DNA from: Epiperipatus broadwayi
Taxonomy: Eukaryota > Animalia > Onychophora
DNA: 64,000 bases
NCBI GenBank assembly: GCA_028023455.1
Contig: JAQFVV010000002.1
Coordinates: 8,928,001 to 8,992,000 of the forward strand
Reading direction: 5' to 3'
The notes under the pieces are model-generated. The model made no database searches, had not been told where the DNA came from, and was given only the letters and a program-made list of their open reading frames with translations. This document shows, piece after piece, positions 49,325 through 62,040 of this stretch; the stretch's first letter is position 1; every line of letters begins with the position of its first letter. A program made the translations under genes and the position numbers.

Positions 49325-51250
49325 AATCATTTCAATTATTATCAGTCCACTGCAGGACAAAAATGTCTCGAAGTTCAATCCATCTCCAGTTTCTAGCATT
49401 TTTTCTCTACATTATCCCAACACACTTCCTATTTCATCAATTCATATCACACGTTGTCTCTTTCTAAGTTGTTTACAATCACTTGGAATCTAGTTCAAGA
49501 TTTCAATTGTTCATCTATTATCATATCTTCTAACAATATGTCCATTTCAATTCCAGTCTTTTAATTCTTTCAATAATGTCAGTATCACCTGATTGTTCTC
49601 TTAACTCTATATTTCATTTTCAATGTCTTCATATTACTCCTAACATGCATCTCTCCACATATTTGAGTGGTCTGAAGTTTCTATATTATTCTTCTGTTAA
49701 GTGTCTAAGTCTCAGATCCATATGTAAGAAGTGGTAACATACATTTATTTAAAATCTTCCTTTTCAAACACAGGCATATTTCCTTTTAATATTAAATTAT
49801 TTCCACCAAAAACACTCCAAGTTTAATTCTATGATTAATTTAATCCATTATGTTTCTATCTATAATAATAATATGACTAATATATTTGCAGTTGTTAATT
49901 TCTTCTAAGACATTATTGTCAATCTTTATTATTTTTTTTTTTGAGAAAATCCATTGAACATTACTTTAGTCTTTTTAACATTTACCTTTAATCCTATTTT
50001 TTTTTACTTTCATCTGATAACTCTTGTAACATTTCCTGAAACTCCAAAGGATTGTTTGCAAAAACAATTATATCACCTGCAAAATCCAGATGTCTTAAAT
50101 AATGTCTATTTACTTTTATTCCCTTAGCTTTCTATTTTAATCCACAAAATACTTCCTGCAAAATTGCTGTAAAAAGTTTGGATGATATGCTGTCATCCTG
50201 TCACACACTCTTCTCAATGTTAATATTTTTTAGTATCATTATGTAATCTAATTGTTGCTGTTGCATTTTTAGGAAATATTCTTCAGAATATAACAATGTC
50301 CTGGGTGTAGACCTTGAAGATCAAAAATGCACTTTCATAATTTATAAATCCAAAGCATAATGGCAACTCATATTCATTGTTTTTTTTTCTATAATTTTTC
50401 TCAATACATGGATAAGATCCATTGTATTAAAACCACTTTTAAATCCAGTTGGTTCTTATGGTAAAAAAATTGTATAGAACTGATAAAAGATTGATAGGTT
50501 TGTAATTTTTAATATCTTCTTTATCACTTTTTTTAAATATTAACATTAATACTGCATTCTTCCAATTATCTGTTACTAATTTATCATTTAGATATTTGGT
50601 ATATAACTTTACCAAAAAAAATTCTATTTCTTCTGCTTTTTTTTAAGATATCAATTGTAATTCCATCATTACCTGGAGCTTTTTCCTTCTTCATACATTT
50701 AATTGCATGTCTCACTCTTCATTTAAAATCCTGAGGAATTCAGAAGATATAGTAATTGTAGGAGATATTTTTCTCTCTTCTTTATTGCTATATAATTCTT
50801 GGTAGAACTCTTTCATCTCTTTTTTAGTAATAATTCCATTTTTTTTTTGATTGCAGAAATAAGTATCATAATAATACCAAGATGTTGTTTTACACCTGAG
50901 GTTTTTATCTTCTTTAACAGCTTTCCTTGCTAGTTCATAATTATATTTCTTAAATCATTATCAACTCTTTTTTATACCATTTTACAAAATTTGAGATATT
51001 CAATCTTTTGTAATGCATCATTTTTATATATTTCCATATTCCATTTTGCCTTAGTAAAAATTTTACTGTTCAATTTTTGCTTTTTTATACCAGCTATCTT
51101 TGTTGCAGTTTTCAAAAGTGTATCAATTATCTTTTTATTGATTTCATTCACTTTTGATTCATGTTCCAAAATTTATTAATATTTGAAAACGATTTGCAAG
51201 TTTTAATTTAAATTCATTGGAATGTTTTTGAAGATTATGAATATCAACTG
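49325..51250 (-). mobile_element. 5'-truncated RTE LINE, same family as 33635-34296
   Basis: The 3' end matches the reverse complement of 34100-34290. EFKLKLANRF and the ORF at 50972-51169 are RTE linker sequence. LDFAGD (RT core) is near 50085. Confidence 0.85.
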
Positions 51251-54200
51251 TGATATATATATATATATGATTATACACACTAATAAACTACCTTATACAT
51301 TTAAAATAATAGATGTTTTCTAATCAGTCACAAAGTATAAAATTCTATCTATTTTTTGTGTGTTCCCAAATAAAATAATTAGCTTAATAAATTAGTTACT
51401 AATAAAACTGAAAAAGAATTAAAATATATATATATTATTTACACCAAATAACCAAGACCTAAATTGTTATATTAAATAATTATGCACTTTGTCTCCAAAT
51501 GTCTCTTTAATATTAACTTCTAAATTTTAGTGGAACTAAATTTACTATAAAGAAAACTGTATTTTACATCAACACATAACTTTTAAATCATTATTCTAAG
51601 GTGACAAATTTAAAATTATATTCTCAAACTTGCTCTTGATGTTATTATTTCCGAAACATAGATCTTTCATACTAAAATTATCAATAGGACATAATTTTTA
51701 AAGGGATGATCTTAGCCTATTATTAGTGATAATATTTTATTATATCTTCTGATATATTTAATGGTTATTTTGTTCTGTTGTAAAAAATTTCAAAAGTTAA
51801 TAGTAACAATATTATATGAATTTTACATTTAGCTTGCCACATGAATCAATTACAGGTTCATTCTCCAAAAATATATGTATATAAATTACAATTACTTTAT
51901 GATGTATGTCAATATCAAGAGGAGTTAATGCTGCATTTATTTCAGAAGTGCATACGTTTGAATGAAGTTAACCAAAAATTTATAAAATGTGTTTGAATTT
52001 TTTTAAAAACTAAAACTTTTAAACCTTAGTGCTAAGATAGTTATGTCATCAGCAAAAAAATAAATACATTAAAAAATATATTTTTTGATTATAATAATCA
52101 TTTCATGAAGAACTTTAAAAGACTTACCAATGATCATTTATTCATGGTTTGATGTTTTTTTCAGTTCTTTTTGTACATATTGAAATGACTAATATATTAT
52201 TTATTAATTTAATTTTATAAAGCTTTATTATAAAGAAGACACAGATTATGATGACAAAGTTAATTGATTTCAAAATTGATAATGATGATGTAATATGATT
52301 CACAGTTTTTGTCTTCTTGGATCATTCATGAATACCAAAAAATCAAGTAATAAACATAAATGCATGCTTATTACCACTAGAAAAAGAAAAGGAAAATAAT
52401 AATGCTTTTAAATCATGATACTAATAAAGATTTTTAATAATTCTTTACATAGCAAAAAATGAACAATTGGATATTTGATCACAGGAGACTTGAAACACAA
52501 ATGACTAAGTTGAAATTGTCTTATTTTGATTATGCTATGAGATGATCTTACTAATTGAAAAGTGTACAGTGCTTGACAAAACTGTTGATGAATGAAGAAA
52601 AAAATGAAAGCAATAAAATGGATCGATTCCATCATTGTAATAACGATTGTGCCTTTGAGCATACTGAAAATCCAAATACATAATAACTTATGAATTAAAC
52701 ACATGATCATCAGAAGCCAATAACAACTTGATGGTAATTATTATAATAATATTGTTATAAGTTTTAAATAAATCAAATTTTAAGCGCAAACAGATAATAT
52801 TGTAATAACGTGAAAGCTAAACACTTTCAAACAGATACGCTTTAAACATGCTTACCACTACTATTGAAGCTATGCCATTTTTATTTTAGAAGATGTAAAT
52901 AAAAAACTTTTTTTTTTAAAAAAAAAAGTGGTAAAACCATTTTTTTGTAAACATAGTTTTATATATAAATAAAACACAATAACAAAAAAAAAAAAACAAC
53001 TCAAATTTATTTTCATACATAAATAATATATAAACATAGTTAAGTTCAAATCTATCATCATACAGAAATAATGTATAAATATAATTAACATTTAAAGACA
53101 GCATATATCATATTTCTAGTATAAAAAAATAAACTTGAAATTTAACCGACTTTGAAGCTTTTTAAAATATTCTATGTAATTTCAGCAATAATTACATCTA
53201 TAGGTTGTAGTAAACAGATAACAGATTATGGTTCACAACACTAACATGATGAATGGAAAAAAAATGGTATGTTGTTATTAAAAAATATAATATCACATGA
53301 TCACTCATATGTTTATTCATATGTTTACTCATATGCTTCACCAAGCAATTAGTTTCATCCTAGTTTAAACCCAACTATTGTAAAATTTAATAATCAATGA
53401 ACACCAGATAGTATAGTGATCAGTTTCTGTTTTGTTTTTATCAGTAAAAACTATGATTCAGACCTTAAACTGATGCACTTAATGCATTTAGCAGCTACCT
53501 TTATCCTTGCAAAATTTTCAACCTAATAATCTAAAAAAGTTTTAAAACTTAGGATTTAAAATCTAGAATCACTTGAAAAATTGATAACAAGTGAGTTTCT
53601 ATATATTTTTGTGATATTAATTCTTTAACAACTATAAATCTCTTCTAACCTTATCCAATAGGGTTAATACCAATATCAGCATCATATGATCTTTCATTGC
53701 TTATGTATATACTTCCAAGAACAGTTATTGTCACTCTATTCTAGTGCTATTTTATATAAGCTTGATTGATCAATGGAGACAGTAAATGATATCAAAAATA
53801 TGTAGAAACTGGTCTCTAGTTTTAATTTCTAATCTTCCCTGATGAAAGAAAAAGCCAAAATTCAGTCAATCTGAGATGGGCATTTTGTAGCACTGCACTA
53901 TCTGGTGCCCATTGATTATTCAAGCTTACAGTAGATAGATCTAAAGTAAAATAAATATAACTAATCTTAAGAAAAAAATTATAACTGATTGGGATGATAG
54001 AAATAATATTTTTCTCTATGTTTATTAAAAAAAAAAAACCCTGTTTGATAAAAATGAAGAATGCATTACAATGACACAAATATCTTATTAAAATTTATCA
54101 CGTAATTCTAAATATTGAGATGCCAGAATTATCCATGTTAAAATGATTGCAATTAAGTGTTTTTTTTAGTCAAATAACTTAATTTCTTTGTTACTCTATC

Positions 54201-54849
54201 TTCTTTTGGACAGCAATGATAATCCAAAAATGAAGTAGTTTATGCATTAATAATGAAAAAGATAAAAGTTTTACATTAAATGATTATCAAATACAGAAAT
54301 CTGATTAACTTTTAATAGAATTATTAGGGTAAAAAGTAAGAGAATGCTGAGAAATTACTTAATATTTGTAACATAATTTATAATTTCAGAAATTAGCTAT
54401 TCAATTTTCTTTCACCAATTACAATTCTGTGAAAAAAAGGTGTGAGAATTTTCAATATGTTGATGAGAGTCTTGAATAAATATCTTTTAAATATATTTTG
54501 CATCTTTTTATCTTAAAACCAGAAAAACAAAGTATGTATCTTGGAATAGTAAGGACATTTATTGATAAATAAATAAAAATAGTGAGGAAAATTAACACTT
54601 GGTTCACTTACTCAAAAAATATTGCTTGAGTGAATTAAATGTATTCATAAAATAAAGACAAATTACTACTAAGATTTATGTATAAATGAGAAATTTGTAA
54701 AAATTACATTAAAATATAAAAAATATATATAATCAAAAAAATGTTCTATCCCTTGTTTTCCTAATATTTAATAAATTTCTAAATGAGTAATGTTTAGATA
54801 AAAATAAAATAAGTATTAGAAAGTCCCATCACATTTTTTAATATTATAT

Positions 54850-55270
54850 GGGCAATAGTACTGATAGTGAAAATTACTTTAGTAAAATGCTAAGTATGAT
54901 TAGTAGGATTTCTAATAAATTTGGGATGAAGTCAAAGAGTGAAAGTTGGAAGTGAAAAATATAAATTGCATTGACTTGACAGACTGTCAATAATAAGGCT
55001 AAGAGATAATTCCAAGGCTGTAAAGCTAGAATTAAAAAAATTTTTAGCTTAAAATTTAATATTATGTAAAGCAGAAAATTTGGATGAATATAATGAAAAA
55101 GATTAGAAGGTCAATAAAATAAATAAATCTACAGTATACACTGAAACATTATGATGAAGAAACTGAATTGGATTTTTAATTATTCATGAGGATTTAGGAA
55201 ATATGTTGAATGAGGTTATAAATATTGAGAAAAGAGAAAGAAATAAAATTCTTAGAAAAATAAGTTTAAA
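54850..55270 (+). pseudogene. Highly decayed RTE-like RT fragment
   Basis: DSENYFSKMLSMISRISNKFGMK resembles the post-YADD segment of RTE reverse transcriptases. Confidence 0.4.
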
Positions 55271-55352
55271 AATATTAAAGGTATAGAAAAGGTAACAAAT
55301 AATCACTTTTTTATTTTCATTTTTTAATTAAAAATTGTTAAAATATTTTAAG

Positions 55353-55442
55353 TTGGTGGTGGAGAGGTCAGCGACAGCCGCTTTACAAACAGTTGTCCCC
55401 GGTTAGTTGGGAGATGCTATGACACTTGAGAAAAAAAAAAAA
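55353..55442 (+). mobile_element. tRNA-Gly-derived SINE, copy 3 (5'-truncated, deleted T-arm)
   Basis: TTGGTGGTGGAGAGGTCAGC...CTTTACAAACAGTTGTCCCC...GATGCTATGACACTTGAG + poly(A). Flanking TTAAGTTG repeats are at 55348 and 55444. Confidence 0.75.
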
Positions 55443-55711
55443 CTTAAGTTGTCTATTAAAAAACTATATTTAAAACAGAGAGCTGATATAATTAGCTCTT
55501 TTTTATTAAATAAAAATATTTTATTAGAAATTTAAGATATTTCTAAGACATTTTATTTCTATAAGTGGATGTGCTATAATTTATTTATTTATTTCAAATA
55601 AACTTATTTATCTATTTTTTCTTACGTTTTTATTCTCTTCTCAAGTTAAAGAATAGTTTATGATAAAAAATATAAAACACTTTAAATTTAACTCTTAAGA
55701 TAAATTTAAAT

Positions 55712-55739
55712 AGCACGTGATGCCCAGCACGTGACGCCC
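55712..55739. promoter_or_regulatory. Tandem E-box repeat
   Basis: AGCACGTGATGCCC AGCACGTGACGCCC contains two CACGTG motifs 8 nt apart in otherwise very AT-rich DNA. Confidence 0.35.
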
Positions 55740-56470
55740 ATCAGCTTATATGCTTCTCATTCCAACATTTATTTTCAAATCGATCTTAAACATTGCTTTT
55801 ACTTGTTTTTTTTTTCATTCTCTTGGATCTGCATCATCAATTTTGACTAAAATCTTAAAAGGTCAGAAGTGAAGATTTGGCTATTGGCATATGAGTATTG
55901 TTGGTTTACTAATCTTTTTGCTCAACCGATTTGAGCACATGTTTGTTTTCAATAATTTAGGCATTTTGACAAATCTATTCAAGGGTTGTTTTTTTTTTTT
56001 ACCAAATATAATGGTTCACTGCTTTTAACCGAACTAACTTTTTGCATTTGTTTGTATGCATAATAAATTTATTTATTAAAATATTTTATTTTGTCCAAAT
56101 ATTCTCATGTTGTACATCCATTCATTCATTATAAATCCATTAAAATTGCAATATGAAATCCAATTTTTTTTCAATCTAAAAATTTAGTACTAATATAAAT
56201 CCATTAAAATTAAAAATGTATGTGAAATTTGTTATTTATATATGTATGTTTAAAACAGTTGAAGTAACAAATAATTGAACACTTTATGATTTAAATATAT
56301 AAAATCATTATTTTTATTTCATAATTCCAATGTTTTATAAATCCATTAACAATACCTAATTATTGTCATGGTACTTACTATTGTTTTGTATTCTTTTAAA
56401 ATAAATGTTGGTATCTTTTAATAGTTAAAGCTAAATTATAAACGTTAATAAGTTCTTATATTATTAAGAT

Positions 56471-56710
56471 GTCATTATCAATCCACTGCATGATGAAGGT
56501 CTCTCCAAGTTCAGTCTATCTTCTCTGATCTTTAGCTTCTCTTTATCACATCACCCCTGCACGCTTTCTTATTTCATCAATCCATCTCACATGTGGTCTC
56601 TTTCTGGATCTTTTACAATCTCTTGGAATCCAGTTTAAGATTTCAATTGTCCATCTATTATCATCTTTTCTAGCAATATGTCCAGCCCAGCTCCACTTCA
56701 GTTTTTTAAT
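56471..56710 (-). mobile_element. Short 3' fragment of the RTE family with a ~46-bp TSD
   Basis: Matches the reverse complement of 34060-34280. Flanks 56425-56470 and 56711-56756 are direct repeats. Confidence 0.88.
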
Positions 56711-57294
56711 TTAAAGCTAAATTATACATTGTAATGAGTTCTTATATCATTAAAATACAAGTGTTGTGAATTCATTCAAAAAATTAATAAATTTATATGC
56801 ATGCAGTTAGAAATCATTGAAGAATAATACAAGTAAGTAATATCTACAAGAAATTAATATTTTAATAGAAACTAATATTTTAAAAATATAATAATTCTAA
56901 TAAATACATTGAATCAATTCTTTAAATTAGATAAAGTAATCTGCTTTATTTTAAAATTTAGCGCAATATTAGAAAGATATTCCCTTTTGAAATCCCTTTA
57001 TTTTAGGCAAATGATTATTCTAGACTTTTCAATAATTGCAGTATTAGTCCCCCCCTCCCCAATAATAAAATCAAATAGAAGTTAAATTGAGCCTGGGTTT
57101 AAATATGATTAGATTAAACAAACATTTTATTTTTTATTTTCATGTAAAAAAAAAAGTGATACTGATTATGTTCTCATGGCCATTTTGAATTCTAAGAACC
57201 ACCGAAAACCCTCATTGACACATCCAAGTGATAAATGACATTGATTACCAACACATGGTCATAATATTACCATTCGTTTTGAAGTCATAATTTT

Positions 57295-57720
57295 TATCTA
57301 TAATTAAAAAATTAAAATTCAAATGTCACAATTTTCATCGAGAATTAAAAATAAAAATGCAATTTTCTTAGAGTTATACTTGATTTAATCATGTGACTAA
57401 AATGTAGTTAAAATTGCAATTTTCATCCATAATTAAAAAATTAAAATGTAAATTTCACAATTTTCATCAAGATTAAGCAATCTACTTTAATTGCTGTCTA
57501 CTTAAAATAACACATCAATAATTAAAAAAATAAAAATGCAATTTTCATATAGTGATCTAATCAAAAATTTTGATTTTTAAACTAATATACATTGCTAGTT
57601 TAAGCAATCTACTTTTGCTGCTCTCTACTCATGACCATTAATTAAAAAATGCCAATTTATATCAATAATTAAGAAATTGAGATTTTTGCAAATATTTTTA
57701 AGTAATATACATTTGCTAGT
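57295..57720 (+). repeat. Complex AT-rich minisatellite-like array
   Basis: The modules TAATTAAAAAATTAAAAT, CAATTTTCATC and TTAAGCAATCTACTTT recur in shuffled order. Confidence 0.6.
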
Positions 57721-58544
57721 TTAATAATCATTGTGAGCATGTAGTAAATCAGTACCAAAAACGTTTTAGCGAAATACTGTATTTCTATAGGAAAATTTTT
57801 TGAAGATCGTGTGTTATCTTGGCAATTGTAACTTGTAATATTCAACTTAATGTCAAAAATTAATATGAAAACATTTGTATAATGAATAATAAATATTTTA
57901 TTTGTGCATATGTTTTTTATATATCATGTTTAATATATATTTTACATTGAGGTTGTGTTCATGGTCATATATATATAAAAGCATGTGTAGATATATTATA
58001 ATGCGTGAATTTAAATTTAAATAATATACTGAATATTATATGTATACATTAAAAGCATAATGCTAAACTAGTCAATAAATAATCAAAATTACCCCAAATT
58101 CACAACTGAACCAGACAAGCCAAGAAAATAAAATCTAAAACATTACCATTTGTTTTATTGCTACAAGCAGACTTCTCAAGTATAAAGAACTACAAAATAA
58201 CAACATATTTAAACTAAACATTATTCACAATTCCACTTCCCATACAACCTTAATATTAAAAGAACTTTTAAGTAAGTTAATTGCTTTAGAATCATAAATT
58301 TTTAATAATAAAGATTCTTTAAGTTGTTTTTTTTTTAATTTCATTTCTCTCAAAGAAGATAACCTTACTTTCATCAAAATTAATAGTGTGGCCTGTATCT
58401 TTTTCATGAATATATAAAGCAAAAAAAAAATATTTATTTCTAACTCTACTTTTACCTTTATTCTTTTATTTAAGCTCAAATTACTCTGACCTATATATAC
58501 CTTCTTACAAAAACAAGGGATAATATTCTATCAAAAATTTCCTT

Positions 58545-59126
58545 TGTATTATTTATAAATTTACTTAAATGCACATTCATTATGTAAATAATATTAATTA
58601 AGGCTGTAGCCTCAATCACATGCGTATAAAATGCGATAGTAGAGACCTCTACAGGTCTTAAAACCACAAGCTTACTCTTTTCTTCCAAGAGTAAGCTTGT
58701 GGTTTTAAGACCTGTAGAGGTCCCTACTATCACATTTTATACACATGTGATTGAGGCTACAGCCTTAATGAATATTATTTATGTAATGATGTGCGTTTAA
58801 ATAAATTTATAATTACAACTTTAAATTATCGTAATAGATTTCTCACTATAAAATCTTTCCATTGACTCGCTGTAAATCGAAAGATTTCAGGAGTATTAAT
58901 GTGTAATAAGAAAGGTGGACTTAATTAGTGAAGTATTGAATAGCTTCACACTCTCAGATCGAACCTCTTCAGCTTCACCTATTTAAATAGAAAGTAGGTT
59001 GAAGTAAAGAAAGGGTTCCCCTCTTTTCTTCCAAGAGTAAGCTTGTGGTTTTAAGACCTGTAGAGGTCCCTACTATCGCATTTTATATGCATGTGATTGA
59101 GGCTACAGCCTTAATGAATATTATTT
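58545..59126. repeat. Inverted plus tandem repeat unit inserted in the Penelope ORF
   Basis: Hairpin 58545-58815 with a 7-nt loop (58680-58686). Direct repeat with 346-bp period (CTCTTTTCTTCCAAGAG at 58675 and 59021), the second copy partial (to 59126). Confidence 0.9.
58927..58980 (-). ncRNA. Possible degenerate type I hammerhead ribozyme
   Basis: Minus strand reads GGTGAAG-CTGAAGA-N18-GAAG-CTATTCA-ATA-CTTCACT. Stem I and CUGANGA are present, but stem II does not pair and GAAA is GAAG. Confidence 0.25.
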
Positions 59127-59662
59127 GTATTATTTAATAAATTATTCAAAGTAATATTCCTTTTTCAAGCAATTTTCTTATTTCCAAACAAATGACTATT
59201 TTTACATGCAATTTTATAAAAAGACAATTTAAATGGCAAAGAAATAAGATCATATTTTTCTTTATCCTTTACATCATTACAAATATTATTATTAAATAAA
59301 ATACTTTTAACAAATTTATCAGAATAGCCATCACTCAAATAATCCCTATAAATTGATCTTTTTGCAACAAAGCTATCCCATTAGAATTATTTAATCTCAT
59401 TTCTATAACAACAATTTCTTAAAGCAGCAACTTTATGAGATACAGATTGATAGCTATCATGTTTAATTATAGACCTTAACTATTTACTTTTAACATAGTG
59501 ACTATATATCAAACAATTAGTTTTTATATTTCTAATCACCAATAAATCTAAACATTTTAATTTATCAAAATGAATACCCTCCTATCACATATTTTATATA
59601 AGGATCAAAACAAACTCATTTACCAACTCTTTCAATTTATCATTCTTAACTACAAACAAACA

Positions 59663-59760
59663 GTCAAACGTTGGTTGTCCAGTGGCCAGGACAGCTGCCT
59701 TACAAGCAGTTGTCCCAGGTTCACTTTCTAGCCAATACTTTGACACATGGAAAAAAAAAA
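59663..59760 (+). mobile_element. tRNA-Gly-derived SINE, copy 4, inserted in the Penelope RT
   Basis: GTCAA leader, tRNA-like body and TTTGACACATGG + poly(A). Perfect 13-bp TSD CTACAAACAAACA at 59650-59662 and 59761-59773. Confidence 0.92.
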
Positions 59761-61611
59761 CTACAAACAAACAATCATCCATATATCTAAAAAATAACTT
59801 TAAATATAAACAATTCTTTTTAATAATAATTTCCTCTTCCAAATAATTAATATAAACTGAACAAATTAAAGGAGAAATAATATAACCTATTATCCACCCT
59901 TCCTTAATCTTATAAAAATTACCATTATAAGTAAAATATATAAAATCCTCTAATAATAAAAGCAAATCTTTAATAATTTTAATTTTATTTTTTGACAAAG
60001 ATCCACCTTTAACCATCATAGACACTGCTCAGTCTATTATTAGATTGATCAATATCCAAGCTTCTAAATATCCTAATTACTTTTCATTTCAAAATTATTA
60101 ATCTTATCAAAAGCCTCAAAAGAAGCAGAAACTGTGTAAAGACCAAAATCAACAAATTGTTTTAAAAAATTATTCAAGGTTCTATATCCTCTAAAAATTA
60201 TCTGTAAAATTAAAAATAAATCTTAAACATCTTAGTTGATATGAAGTCATTAGGATAACATTTTAAATAATCTACTCTATTAAAAATTTTTAATTTACCA
60301 TTTGCTTCATAGTATTTATTAACCTCCTTTGAATCACTTTACCTGGATCTTTTTCTAATAGCATTACCATTATTTAATTCTTTATTTATTTTCTCCATGA
60401 ACTCATTTTCTTTCATAATGACAAACCGAACAGCTTTGTCTTCATGAGAAATGATCACATCATTAGAAATTAGTCTATCTTTAAGATGTCTAACCTCGGC
60501 AGGATTAACAATAAATTTGTCTTTCCTTTTTAAGCTTTTATTCCAAACTAATTGAATGCCGACTTTTTGCTCATCACTCAAATTACTAGATTCAATAGAT
60601 GAAATTGTATCAAAAACTATATTTTTTGAATGAAAATGAACAAAATTAAGACCTTTACCAAGAATCTTTATCATTTAACTTAATATCAGAAAGATTGACA
60701 ACTTTATTAATAGAAATATCACTCTCAAATATCCTATCACTACAATAAACTTTATTCATTTTTCCAAACAACCATTTAAATTTTCCTTTCATACTTCCTA
60801 CAATAGAAATTTAACCTATTTTTTTCTAAACTGCCTTATGAAAAATTAAAATTGAATTATTAAAATCTTGCCTCTTATCTAATTAATACCTATTTTTTTT
60901 ATAATCATAAGTAAATTTGTAAAATTTAATAAACTTTTCTTTCAAAAAACTATTCAAAATATACATTTGCAAATTCAAAACTAAAGTTCGATTTTAAAGC
61001 AACTTTCTGTTTTTTTTTTAATATTAATAATACAATTTCTAAAAAAAAACATTAAATTCCTTAAATTTTTTAAGAAAATAAATCTACCATCTTAATGATT
61101 TTATCCTATCACTCAATCTAGGTAACTTTTTAATCCTCCTAATATCATTTAATGGAAAATTATTGAAAATTAAAACCCACAAACCCATAACAAAGACTAA
61201 CTATAAATAACAAATACACATCTAAATTAACAGCCACAGCAAAAAAAAAAAACTATATTAAAACATACACAAATTTTCTTATATCTATTTGAAAATTTAT
61301 CTATTTTATTTTATTTATATTATTGGATAACACAACCTTTTAACCAACAAATGTTACAAAGCAAAACAAGCATACATATAACTAAATAAACACAAATATA
61401 TACTTTTCCAACAACACTCATGCAACAAAATCAATATATATAAATAAATACAAATATATAAAATAAAAATAAAATATAACCCTTTACACTATATCAGCAT
61501 TACTACTTTAAATACAAAGAATCTCATTAAAATGTAAACATTAAAAGCATAAAACTAAACTAGTCAATGAATAAACAAAATTACCTCAAAATTCACAACT
61601 CAACCAGGCAA

Positions 61612-62030
61612 AGATTTTATTTTACAGGTAGTATTGTAGAGGATATTTCTAGGTTCTTGAATAATTTTTTAAAACAATTTATTGATTTTGGTCTTTACAC
61701 AGTTTCTTCTTTTTTTGAGACTTTTGATAAGATTAGTAATTTTAAAATGGAAAGTAATTGGGTATATGGTAGTTTAGATATTGAGAATATGTATTAATCT
61801 GTTAATAGATTAAGTAGTATTGATGTTCTTATGTCTGTGTTGATTAAATATGGATCTTTATCAAAAAATAAAATTAGAGTTATTAAAGATTTGCTTTTAT
61901 TATTAGAGAATTCTATGTATTTTATTTATAATAGTAATTTTTATCAGATTAAGGAAAGGTGGATAATCAGTTATATTATTTCTTCTTTAATTTGTTCAGT
62001 TTATATTAACTATTTGGAAAAGGAAACTAA
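61612..62030 (+). pseudogene. Inverted second Penelope RT fragment
   Basis: FTGSIVEDISRFLNNFLKQF...SLDIENMY...SSLICSVYINYLEKE. It is the reverse-complement homolog of ~59830-60210. Confidence 0.85.
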
Positions 62031-62040
62031 TAAAACTGTA

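Larger units (their letters stand above)
58040..61611 (-). mobile_element. Penelope-like element (decayed) with a short terminal direct repeat
   Basis: VVNLSD, ILGKGLNF, HEDKAVRFVIM, SLDIE, SPLICSVYINYLEE, FFRYMDD, SHKVAA and the GIY-YIG C-terminus KLKKKQLKESLLLK...IN. An 80-bp direct repeat is at 58040-58118 and 61532-61611. Confidence 0.85.

Noticed and set aside
58491-58733. 80-aa ORF, and similarly 62595-62820
   Set aside because: The first runs across the palindrome centre and is open because of the symmetry. The others are off-frame or antisense readings of the LINE ORF1 relic.
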